A stretch of DNA of 32,000 nucleotides, taken from NCBI GenBank assembly GCA_964354495.1, contig CAYHAA010000009.1:30001-62000 (forward strand), read 5' to 3'. Both the position numbers and the translations under genes were made by a program. This document shows positions 17,271-25,595 of this stretch, piece after piece (the stretch's first letter is position 1; the number at the start of each line of letters is the position of its first letter). The stretch is from an uncultured archaeon (GTDB lineage: Archaea > Asgardarchaeota > Thorarchaeia > Thorarchaeales > Thorarchaeaceae). The notes beneath the pieces are model-generated. The model had not been told where the DNA came from and ran no database searches. It was given only the letters and a program-made list of their open reading frames with translations.

Positions 17271-18122
17271 TCAGTTTCCATTTGTAACTACTCTTCCCTG
17301 GGCAATCACATCATGCTTATGGATACTCTCAAGCGATCGAGCCTCTGCAAACATCTCAAGGTCACGGTCACCAAAGGTATCCTTTGAAAACTGGAGAATA
17401 TTGCGACACACATCCTCGACAAGAAGAGGATTCTCGTGCATCTGCTTCGTGACAAGCATCTCATCCTCCAGCTTCAGTAGAGAATACGTCTTACTTGAGA
17501 AAGAATTCTCGATTACTTCGATCATGGAACCATACTTGGGAATCGCGTCAGTCTTACCAATTACACGCAGCTTTCCTATTGCTCGTTGGATATGAGTAAG
17601 TCCCTCATTGTTGGCCATACAGTGCGGACAGACAGTGTTTCCGATTACTTGGACCTCAATCTCGTGCATGAAGGGCCGATGGTTCTCTTTACGAGTGATT
17701 GCAGTGATATCACATACTTCCCATGTACGTTTGTTCGACACAGGAGTCTTGGAAGTATACCCGAACTCGAACTCGAATTTCACCTCTCCTCTGCTGAACG
17801 GGTGTTTGTGAGCGAGCCCTTCGAGTATCTTGATCTGAAGTTCTTCGATTGAGGGATGCACCCTAAATTGCTCGCTCAGTTCCTCAGTCATTGACTCAAC
17901 AAGTCGAGACATATGTACTCCTTTCAATTCTGCAGGAAGGTCTATTGTGATCTCCACATTCGGCACTATATGATATCTCATTCCACTTCGTTCAGTAACA
18001 ACGAAGGTCTTGAGGTTCTTTACACCGACCTTGTCTAGCTGAATTCGATACTTGGGTTTCTCGTTCTGAGTGTCAATGAACAAATCGTGAGTCTCCGTAT
18101 ACATGCTGTCACTGGTCTTCAT
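17271..18122 (-). CDS. mptA: GTP cyclohydrolase IB (MptA/FolE2 family)
   Basis: KGVHMSRLVE, TVCPHC, THIQRA, LKLEDE, HENPLLVEDVCR and ESIHKHD motifs. Alternative start is ATG 18104. Confidence 0.9.
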   Translation of the reverse strand: MKTSDSMYTETHDLFIDTQNEKPKYRIQLDKVGVKNLKTFVVTERSGMRYHIVPNVEITIDLPAELKGVHMSRLVESMTEELSEQFRVHPSIEELQIKILEGLAHKHPFSRGEVKFEFEFGYTSKTPVSNKRTWEVCDITAITRKENHRPFMHEIEVQVIGNTVCPHCMANNEGLTHIQRAIGKLRVIGKTDAIPKYGSMIEVIENSFSSKTYSLLKLEDEMLVTKQMHENPLLVEDVCRNILQFSKDTFGDRDLEMFAEARSLESIHKHDVIAQGRVVTNGN

Positions 18123-18561
18123 AGCAGCCCGTGGACCCTGCGCTCTCGTCCAAGCACGCTTTCACACGGTAGCCTTTGGGATATTTGAACTGCCCATGGA
18201 TGTACTTTGCCAAGAGCTCTGCCGTGGTGGCTTTTATTGGAATCACTATACAGTCCTCTTCCGGAAACACATACCGCTTAGAGGCCACATTTACCTCGAC
18301 AAAGCCGTTCTCGGTCATCACAGTGACAGTAGATGACTCTCCAGGAAGCATGACCTTGTGGTCAAGCATCTTACAGATCTGAATGGCTCGGTCCTTGACT
18401 TCTCTGAAGTCAACTACCATCCCATCTTCGTTGAGAGGCCCGCGGATGAACACCTCGAGCACGTAGTTGTGCCCATGCAGATGTTCACAGTCCCCGCAGG
18501 AAAGCAGGAAATGTGAAGCACTGAAATGCATCCTCTGATCCTTGACCTGTAAGCTAAACAA
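18109..18561 (-). CDS. queD: 6-carboxy-5,6,7,8-tetrahydropterin synthase / PTPS family
   Basis: HFSASHFL, CEHLHGHNY, VVDFREVK, LDHK and TTAELLA motifs. TTG start preceded by GGAGG. Overlaps or abuts mptA. Confidence 0.9.
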   Translation of the reverse strand: MFSLQVKDQRMHFSASHFLLSCGDCEHLHGHNYVLEVFIRGPLNEDGMVVDFREVKDRAIQICKMLDHKVMLPGESSTVTVMTENGFVEVNVASKRYVFPEEDCIVIPIKATTAELLAKYIHGQFKYPKGYRVKACLDESAGSTGCYEDQ

Positions 18562-18606
18562 TGTGATACCTCCAGATGCTATTTGAAACTCCGCGGAAGT
18601 TGCATG

Positions 18607-18615
18607 TAAAACTGT
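18607..18615 (-). promoter_or_regulatory. Putative BRE/TATA element ACAGTTTTA upstream of queD
   Basis: The same 9-mer occurs twice upstream of the thermosome gene (23772 and 23807). It lies 46 nt upstream of the queD start. Confidence 0.5.
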
Positions 18616-18629
18616 CGGAAGCTGAACTT

Positions 18630-20390
18630 CTACTGATCAATGCCCCGCTGTCGCTCAAACGCCTCAATCAAATCATCAACTGTCGTGGCTTGGGTGGAAT
18701 CCTTGTCATCACGCCATCTTCCTGTGAACCGAGGGAATCTGATTGCTAGCCCACCCTTGCCCTTCAGCCGGTTTCTTCCTGCAGGATGCGTGGGACTGAT
18801 TGTTATCTCATCTCCGAGGACTTCTATCACTTCTACTGGTTCAAACCAGACATCAGCCTCAATATCTGAAATGACCTTGGGACTCCTTGATTCCAGTACG
18901 TGCTCTTCGAGGCGCTCTTTGAACTCTGCAAGCATCTCTTCGGTGAAACCAGTCCCAATCTTGCAGACTGTCGGATAGGTATCAGTCATGTCGTCATACA
19001 CAGAGGCGAGGATTGCGCCATAGAGGCCGGTTCTCTTTCCTCGACCGTGGAGAGCGCCCACAATGACAAGATCAATGGAGTCTGCAAGACCTTCCGCATA
19101 GGAAGCCTTCAGTTTGATCCAGAGCCAGCTTCGAGCTCCAGCCTGATATCTGGAACTCTCATGTACTGCCTTTGCAATGACTCCCTCATGCCCTGTGTCC
19201 AGCGCTCGTTTGAAGATCTCATATAGTCGGTCGGGATTGTCAGTCAATTCTGCCGTTGTGAGTTGCACTCTGTCACTTGTCTGAATTGTTCGCTCTATCA
19301 GTTTCCTACGTTCGAGCATCGGAAGAGCTGTGACATCTTTGCCATTGAGAAACAGGATATCAAAGACATACAGGGCAACTGGAACATCATCTTGGGTCTT
19401 CTCAATGTCTGTCTTTCGCCTCCGACGCATTAGTTCCTGAAATGGGCGGATCCTTCCTGTTTCGGGGTCGATTGCTACACACTCACCCTCCAAGACGCAT
19501 GATTTCGCTTTGACCTGAGCTCGAATCAGGCCCACGACATCAGGATACTGATTTGTGATGATTTCCTGACGACGTGAGTACAGAGTGATCTTGTCGCCAT
19601 TCTTATGGGCTTGAATTCTCTCACCGTCATATTTGAACTCGACAAGAGCCTTCATGCCGACCTTCTCCATTATCTCGGCAGGGCTTGAGAGTTTCTTGGC
19701 GGCCATCATTCGAATTGGCACAGCGACTTCTGTGTGAATCTTGCGAACGCCGTCTATACCTTTCTCTGCAAGAACACACGCAACCCGACTGAGGTCGCTA
19801 CAGACGTTGAATGCATCTTCAATAGCACTCCGTGCATCCCTGCTCCCCGTAAATGCAGTTGAGAGAGCATCAATAACGCCCATATCACCAAGTCCGAGTC
19901 GTAGTGAGCCAGTCACAGTTCGCAGAATGTACCTTGCCTCGATTGGATGTGCATCTGTGAGAATACTGATAAGCTTGGATATCTTCTCTTTACTGCTCCC
20001 GGAGCCACTGATCTTCGCGGCCTCGTCCAGAGTATCATAGACTCCCGAAACTGTGAGGGCTTGAGCAAACAGGGTTGCCTGCGCACTTGCTCCCAGCAAT
20101 TCCTCTGCAGTGCTTCCAATGTCGCCAGTCTTTCGAAGGATTTCTCTCACAGCACTTTCTGGAACGGACGCAGCCGCTGCCACGACCTGAATCGCCATCT
20201 TCTCAGCCACACCTATTTCGGGTTCGTTTTTCCAGTCTGGATGTAGCTTCCCCATAGTCAGCGCGACAATCTTGTCAACCACGGATGGTTCGGCAGCCTT
20301 GAGCAAATCAGAGAGGATTTTGATTTTCTCAAGAGACCCTGAGGTCGACTCGATTTCGTCATAGGCTTGAGCCAAATTCTCGTAAAGCAT
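18630..20390 (-). CDS. lig: ATP-dependent DNA ligase (archaeal)
   Basis: Motif I EFKYDGER, plus VLEGEC, YVFDIL, HEGVIAK, WLWIKLK, DLVIVG and LAIRFPRF. True start is likely ATG 20390 rather than the track's 20468. Confidence 0.97.
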   Translation of the reverse strand: MLYENLAQAYDEIESTSGSLEKIKILSDLLKAAEPSVVDKIVALTMGKLHPDWKNEPEIGVAEKMAIQVVAAAASVPESAVREILRKTGDIGSTAEELLGASAQATLFAQALTVSGVYDTLDEAAKISGSGSSKEKISKLISILTDAHPIEARYILRTVTGSLRLGLGDMGVIDALSTAFTGSRDARSAIEDAFNVCSDLSRVACVLAEKGIDGVRKIHTEVAVPIRMMAAKKLSSPAEIMEKVGMKALVEFKYDGERIQAHKNGDKITLYSRRQEIITNQYPDVVGLIRAQVKAKSCVLEGECVAIDPETGRIRPFQELMRRRRKTDIEKTQDDVPVALYVFDILFLNGKDVTALPMLERRKLIERTIQTSDRVQLTTAELTDNPDRLYEIFKRALDTGHEGVIAKAVHESSRYQAGARSWLWIKLKASYAEGLADSIDLVIVGALHGRGKRTGLYGAILASVYDDMTDTYPTVCKIGTGFTEEMLAEFKERLEEHVLESRSPKVISDIEADVWFEPVEVIEVLGDEITISPTHPAGRNRLKGKGGLAIRFPRFTGRWRDDKDSTQATTVDDLIEAFERQRGIDQ

Positions 20391-20429
20391 CGATGTCCTG
20401 ACTCCCAAGAATAGTGGCTCACCATATGC

Positions 20430-20437
20430 TTTATAAA
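20430..20437. promoter_or_regulatory. Palindromic TATA box TTTATAAA between divergent lig and rps17e
   Basis: Sits near the middle of the 95-bp gap, about 40 nt from the lig ATG and 48 nt from the rps17e TTG. Confidence 0.6.
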
Positions 20438-20485
20438 CACAGTCAAGAGCACTGCCGCATCCATACAAAGACCGGTGAGCTTGAA

Positions 20486-20731
20486 TTGGGTAGTATTAGA
20501 CCTCGATATATCAAAAACGCAGCCAGAAGTCTGCTAGCTCTATATTCAGATACATTCACAGACGATTTTGAAACCAACAAGAGACAGGTCGAGCAGCTCG
20601 CTGAATACGACTCCAAGAGAATTCGAAACAGAATTGCAGGCTATGTTGTGACACTCATCAAGATTGGCCACGCTAGAGCAGCTGCTGAAGCAGCAGAACC
20701 TGGAGAAGAAGTCACTGACATGGAGATGTAA
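20486..20731 (+). CDS. rps17e: 30S ribosomal protein S17e
   Basis: (M)GSIRPRYIKNAARSLL...FTDDFETNKRQV...SKRIRNRIAGYV. TTG start with GGTGAG 6 nt upstream. The track start at 20414 over-extends the gene. Confidence 0.95.
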   Translation: MGSIRPRYIKNAARSLLALYSDTFTDDFETNKRQVEQLAEYDSKRIRNRIAGYVVTLIKIGHARAAAEAAEPGEEVTDMEM

Positions 20732-20864
20732 TTCTCCAGCACATCTCGTTTCTTCCATTGCTGGCGACTAGTACGCTCCATTTGCATCGCAGATTCACAT
20801 CCGATGCATACATTTTCATACCCCGGAAAGGAATCATATAAGGGAGTAAGGTGGAACCTATCTC

Positions 20865-21899
20865 ATGGGCAGCTGGCAAAATCACTTACATCATGGGGAA
20901 TGTCTCAAGTTCATCCGCGAGAGACTGGACGACCTCAGAGGGCAATTTCGCCTAGTCTACATAGATCCTCCATACCTCTCAGGAACGAGTTATTCACTGA
21001 AGACCCGGTCTAAAGGTACTCCAGACATGGCGGGAACGGTCGAAGACTCTCCGACATATGATGACAAATGGGAGGGGTTGGATGACTACCTCGCTTTCAT
21101 GAGACCTAGACTCGAATCAATGAGAGATCTTCTAACGGAAACTGGTAGTCTTTGGGTGCATTTGGACTGGCACGTGTCGCACTACGTGAAGACACTACTA
21201 GATGACATCTTCGGGTATTCTAACTTTGTGAATGAAATTGTGTGGAAACGGACAAATAGCCCCAAAGCACAGAGCAGAGGTTTTGGTGCGCAACATGACG
21301 TCATCCTCCTGTACGCCAGAAACCATCAGACAATTCGACTAAACCCGGTCCTTAGGAACCATGACGAGAAGTCCTTGAAGCCTTATGGCTATAAAGATGA
21401 ACAAGGTAGCTTTAGGCTTATTGAGATAGAGGCCCAAGGAATTCAGAGAAGCGAGGCAAGAAGGCAATTTGAATGGAGAGGGAGGACTGCTCCATATCTC
21501 TATAGGACTGAGACGTTGGACAAGTGGTGGAACGAAGACCTGATTTATCGTAGCAAAAATGGCAGGTACACAAAGAAGCAGTATCTAGCAGACACGTCAG
21601 GTGTTCCGGTCTCAGATCTGTGGTTCGATATCCCGCCTGTTCAGGGAGGCTCCGTTGAGTATACCGGATTTCTGACTCAGAAGCCGGAAGCATTACTTCG
21701 ACGAGTCATTCAATCAGCGAGCGATCCAGGGGACATTGTTGGAGATTTCTTTGCTGGAACAGGAACAACAGCAATCGTTGCTCATCAGTTGGGCCGAAGA
21801 TGGCTTCTCTGCGAAGAGGTAGCATCGACAGTGGAAATCATCAGGAATAGACTTCAGCAGCTCGATGTGTCCGCGGAGTATTCCCTCTCATCCTTCTAG
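20865..21899 (+). CDS. Site-specific DNA methyltransferase (N6A/N4C, beta class, Mod-like); no cognate nuclease adjacent
   Basis: Catalytic YIDPPY precedes the target-recognition region, and the SAM-binding motif GDFFAGTGTT follows it. Also WVHLDWH, NEIVWKRT and TQKPEALLRRVI. Confidence 0.92.
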   Translation: MGSWQNHLHHGECLKFIRERLDDLRGQFRLVYIDPPYLSGTSYSLKTRSKGTPDMAGTVEDSPTYDDKWEGLDDYLAFMRPRLESMRDLLTETGSLWVHLDWHVSHYVKTLLDDIFGYSNFVNEIVWKRTNSPKAQSRGFGAQHDVILLYARNHQTIRLNPVLRNHDEKSLKPYGYKDEQGSFRLIEIEAQGIQRSEARRQFEWRGRTAPYLYRTETLDKWWNEDLIYRSKNGRYTKKQYLADTSGVPVSDLWFDIPPVQGGSVEYTGFLTQKPEALLRRVIQSASDPGDIVGDFFAGTGTTAIVAHQLGRRWLLCEEVASTVEIIRNRLQQLDVSAEYSLSSF

Positions 21900-21985
21900 A
21901 CTTAGGAACGACATTATGAGAAGTCAACATTTATGAGCGTTTTTCACCATATGTTGAGTGGAGATCTTCGTTCGGAGGTCATGAC

Positions 21986-22213
21986 ATGATTGAGTTGATT
22001 CTCGTCGTCGTACTGCTCCTCGGTGGAGTATTACTCTATGCATTGGCCAGAGCAGGGGGCATGCTTCATTACCCATCGGTGGTGGCTCCGTCAGACGTAA
22101 CGAGTTCTGAGAAACTCTTTGACTCCAAGACAAATGACGCTACTTTCTTCGACGGTGAATCAGAGGATTATGCAGAAACCATGAGCAGACTTCGCACTTA
22201 TGGCGGCGGTTAG
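21986..22213 (+). CDS. Small single-pass membrane protein
   Basis: N-terminal TM MIELILVVVLLLGGVLLYALA and an acidic tail. GGAGG lies upstream. Confidence 0.7.
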   Translation: MIELILVVVLLLGGVLLYALARAGGMLHYPSVVAPSDVTSSEKLFDSKTNDATFFDGESEDYAETMSRLRTYGGG

Positions 22214-22223
22214 AAGCACACCC

Positions 22224-23312
22224 CTAATCAGCCCAGATTGGCTCGTGAGCCTTTGTTGTTTCGTGGTAGATCTCGCCCATGCATATCTTGTCACATCTTC
22301 TCAGAAGCAGATAGATACTGAAAGCAAGAAGAAACGCGGCAGCTGGAGCAGCCATGGACAAAATGAAGGCATATGTATAGGCATGCCGTCCTGTCATTGC
22401 TGAGAAGAGAATTAGGAAATACGTTATACCGAAAACCAGCGTTGTTATGCCCAGTCTTCTTCCGTTTCTTTTGCTTTGCTCCCACTCCTTGACAACCCAG
22501 ACGACGGCTTTAGCTGCTTCTTCATCGAGTTTTGAAGAGGATAGTACCTCATCTCTGGCCACCTGAGGATGAACCTTGTACATCACGACAGCTCGCTCAA
22601 AGGCAGAATCGTGAGTCCAGAAGACGCCTTTGAAGAGCAAAAAGAAGAACGCATACTCAAAGAACAGGATTCCAAGAGGAAGTGGCAATAAGATTGGCAA
22701 TAACAGAGGAGTGAAGAGGAAAACTGGTTCATAGAGTCGTAGAAGTAGTGCCAAGTAAATCGAGGAGCCAGAAAACATCGATACTGCTGCAATGATATCC
22801 AAGATGTTTCTGCGGCTGGGTCTGTGCAATAGATGAAATCCTAGCAGTGCCTCTCCACTAGCAGGCATCTTCAGAATCAAGTCGATCATTGACTCAGAGA
22901 CAATAACCGCATTGAAGAGCGAATTGAATGTAGATACAATGTACGGATCAGAACTTCTTCTTTGCCAGACATGGGCTAGCCCGTGACTACCTACACGTTC
23001 GTGTGCCAGCTCGACAATCTGGGAGAACTGCTCATTGACAATAGGTGAACGAAAGCGATTCTCGAGAATAGAGAGGCAAAGAAAATAGATAGCTGCGCCT
23101 ACTCCACAAGTGAATAGGAAGACTAGTATCAGATTCATGAGCGATGATGAAGGGAGTACATAGACAATAAGGGACCAAGGGATTGCCAATGCAAGCATTA
23201 TCATGTATCTGAACATCCGCGACGTTGAGGGAACCCGGGTTCCAAACCAGCGAGCATATCTTTCAGACATTTTGCTTGGCTTGACTACTCGTCTGTCCTG
23301 TTGGACACTCAT
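22224..23312 (-). CDS. Polytopic membrane protein resembling a degenerate M48/HtpX peptidase
   Basis: Two N-terminal TMs, then PYIVSTFNSLFNAVIVSESMI...GEALLGFHLLH where HtpX has EAVLAHELGH, then further TMs. ATG 23312 follows GAGGAG. Confidence 0.6.
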   Translation of the reverse strand: MSVQQDRRVVKPSKMSERYARWFGTRVPSTSRMFRYMIMLALAIPWSLIVYVLPSSSLMNLILVFLFTCGVGAAIYFLCLSILENRFRSPIVNEQFSQIVELAHERVGSHGLAHVWQRRSSDPYIVSTFNSLFNAVIVSESMIDLILKMPASGEALLGFHLLHRPSRRNILDIIAAVSMFSGSSIYLALLLRLYEPVFLFTPLLLPILLPLPLGILFFEYAFFFLLFKGVFWTHDSAFERAVVMYKVHPQVARDEVLSSSKLDEEAAKAVVWVVKEWEQSKRNGRRLGITTLVFGITYFLILFSAMTGRHAYTYAFILSMAAPAAAFLLAFSIYLLLRRCDKICMGEIYHETTKAHEPIWAD

Positions 23313-23404
23313 GGTACACTCCTCGCCACGCAGCACCTATGACTCACTAAGGAAGAATGAGGATATAATGTATTTGTTCAACGAATGAGTTGACATATGC
23401 AGAC

Positions 23405-23628
23405 TCAATCGGACTGTTTGATCATCCGAATGGCGCCTCCCGGTGCTACGCCCTTTGGACATGCCTTTACACAGTTCATAATCAGTTCGCACATTGGTGC
23501 GCCTGTAGCCATCAGTTGGGACGAATCCTAATGGCGCGAGAATTGTCACGATGAACATGAGTTGACCAATTAATCATGGACTCACGCCATAGAGGTCCGT
23601 CTCTGAATCAGTCTCTTCGGACATACAT
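23405..23628 (-). pseudogene. Frameshifted remnant of a succinate dehydrogenase/fumarate reductase Fe-S subunit (SdhB/FrdB-like C-terminus)
   Basis: One frame reads F..GP...RDNSRAIRIR. After a 1-nt shift in a C run (23520-23518) it continues QLMATGAPMCELIMNCVKACPKGVAPGGAIRMIK, matching the SdhB C..IMNC...CPKG..P..AI..IK signature. Confidence 0.6.
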
Positions 23629-23748
23629 AACCCTCCTTTTCTGTCCTTCATGTAGCTCAAAAGAGTCCCTGAGGAACTGGGAATGTGGCTAGATAAATGC
23701 CCCGAAAGACCAAGACCCGTACTAAGTCTCGAGAATTGACAAGTAATA

Positions 23749-23860
23749 AGTTTTAAAAGCGAAGAGCTAGCACAGTTTTATTAGCGGTACATGCCGAAGC
23801 GCTTGTACAGTTTTAATATATGAATCATGAGCTATTTTATAATAGGTCTTGAAATGGTGA
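23749..23860 (+). promoter_or_regulatory. Thermosome promoter region with four TATA-like boxes and an RBS
   Basis: TTTTAAAA 23751, TTTTATTA 23776, TTTTAATA 23811, TTTTATAA 23835. ACAGTTTTA occurs twice. GGTGA at 23856-23860. Confidence 0.6.
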
Positions 23861-23866
23861 TCAAAA

Positions 23867-25528
23867 ATGGCACAGTTGTCTGGAACACCCATCCTCATTC
23901 TTAGGGAGGGTACATCAAGAACGCGTGGCAAGTCCGCGCAGCAAAACAATATCATGGCAGGTATTGTCATCGCTGACGCTGTGAAGTCCACTCTGGGTCC
24001 GCGTGGCATGGATAAGATGCTCGTGGACAGTCTAGGGGATGTGACCATCACAAACGATGGAGCTTCAATTCTAAAGGAGATAGACGTACAGCATCCAGCA
24101 GCGAAGATGCTTGTAGAGGTAGCAAAGAGCCAGGATCAGGAGACTGGAGATGGTACAACAACATCAGTAGTCCTAGCTGGCGAGCTTCTCAAGAGAGCAC
24201 AGGAGCTGTTGGAGAAGAAGATTCATCCCACAATAATGGTTGCAGGATATCAGAAGGCTGCGGAGAAGGCGACCGCAATACTCAATGAGATCTCTGTCAG
24301 CATGGAAGGCATGGACAGGAAGGTCCTGACCAACATCGCAGCTACAGCAATGAACAGCAAGTCTATCGTGGGAGCAAGAGATCACTTTGCTAAGATAGCG
24401 GTGGACTCTATTCTCCAGATCATGGAAAAGACCGATGGCAAGACCAAGGCCGATATTGATATGATAGAGGTCATCAAGAAGCAAGGCAAGAGCCTGACTG
24501 AAACTGAACTCGTAACAGGTATGGTTGTAGACAAGGAGATAGTACATGCAGCAATGCCTAAGAGAGTTGAGGGCGCGAGGATTGCTTTGGTCAATGCAGC
24601 CATAGAGGTTGAGAAGACCGAGTTTGACGCAGAGATTAAGATCGACAGACCCGACCAGATTCAAGCATTCCTCAATGAGGAGGAGCGCATGCTGAAGAGC
24701 ATGGTCAATAAGGTCATCGAATCTGGTGCCAATGTACTAATCTGTCAGAAAGGCATCGACGATGTTGCCCAACACTATCTAGCAAAGGCAGGAATCGTCG
24801 CTGTTCGCAGGGCAAAGAAGAGCACTCTGGAGAAGCTTGCGAAAGCCACTGGCGGCCAGGTTGCATCTAGCCTCGATGAGCTAGATAAGAGCTACATCGG
24901 TACTGCAGGCGTCGTCGAGGAAGTAAGAATCGGCGAGGACAAGCTTGTCTATGTAAAAGAATGCAAGCACCCTAAGGCTGTATCAATCGTCATCCGTGGC
25001 GGTACTGAGCACGTCATTGATGAAGCAGAGAGAGCTCTACATGATGCTCTCAGCGTGGTCAGAAACGTCGTGGAGGATAGCACCTACGTCGCAGGCGGTG
25101 GCGCAGCTGAAACTGAAATAGCGAAGCGACTCGAAACCTATGCTAACAATGTTGGCGGTCGTGAGCAATTGGCCATCGAAGCCTTTGCGGAGTCACTTCG
25201 TGTTGTCCCTAAGACCCTTGCAGAAAACGGAGGCCATGACCCTATCGATATTATGGCTGACCTTAACAAGGAGCATGCGAAGGAAAGCGGTATCTGGTTC
25301 GGTGTCAATGTTTTCGAGGGCAAAGCTGAGGACATGATGAAGGGTGGTATTATCGAACCGACACGTGTCAAGAGCCAGGCGATCCGTGCTGCTGCTGAAG
25401 CAGCCCAGATGATTCTGAGGATTGATGATGTGATTGCTGCTAAGGCAACATCTGGTCCTCCACCTGGAGCCGGCGGTGGTGCTGGTGGTGGCATGGGTGG
25501 AATGGGCGGCATGCCCGGAATGATGTGA
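23867..25528 (+). CDS. ths: Thermosome subunit (group II chaperonin)
   Basis: [48 protein letters not shown] and a C-terminal GGM-rich tail. Confidence 0.98.
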   Translation: MAQLSGTPILILREGTSRTRGKSAQQNNIMAGIVIADAVKSTLGPRGMDKMLVDSLGDVTITNDGASILKEIDVQHPAAKMLVEVAKSQDQETGDGTTTSVVLAGELLKRAQELLEKKIHPTIMVAGYQKAAEKATAILNEISVSMEGMDRKVLTNIAATAMNSKSIVGARDHFAKIAVDSILQIMEKTDGKTKADIDMIEVIKKQGKSLTETELVTGMVVDKEIVHAAMPKRVEGARIALVNAAIEVEKTEFDAEIKIDRPDQIQAFLNEEERMLKSMVNKVIESGANVLICQKGIDDVAQHYLAKAGIVAVRRAKKSTLEKLAKATGGQVASSLDELDKSYIGTAGVVEEVRIGEDKLVYVKECKHPKAVSIVIRGGTEHVIDEAERALHDALSVVRNVVEDSTYVAGGGAAETEIAKRLETYANNVGGREQLAIEAFAESLRVVPKTLAENGGHDPIDIMADLNKEHAKESGIWFGVNVFEGKAEDMMKGGIIEPTRVKSQAIRAAAEAAQMILRIDDVIAAKATSGPPPGAGGGAGGGMGGMGGMPGMM

Positions 25529-25546
25529 GAAACACATAGAAAAATC

Positions 25547-25580
25547 GGAGCCGCAAGGCTCCTTTCTCTTTCTTCTTTTT
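25547..25580 (+). terminator. Hairpin plus pyrimidine/U-rich tract after the thermosome gene
   Basis: GGAGCC-GCAA-GGCTCC (GNRA loop) followed by TTTCTCTTTCTTCTTTTT. Confidence 0.7.
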
Positions 25581-25595
25581 CCGAGGTCACTGCCA

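Noticed and set aside
20391-20485. Track N-terminal extensions of lig (start 20468) and rps17e (start 20414)
   Set aside because: They overlap each other across the promoter gap. Family-typical N-termini begin at 20390 and 20486.
17271-21899. 7-deazaguanine DNA-modification (dpd) island formed by mptA, queD and the methyltransferase
   Set aside because: No dpdA/tgt-like, queC or queE gene, and the genes are interleaved with housekeeping lig and rps17e.
25470-25525. GGT/GGC-rich short tandem repeats
   Set aside because: They encode the normal Gly-Gly-Met tail of the chaperonin.
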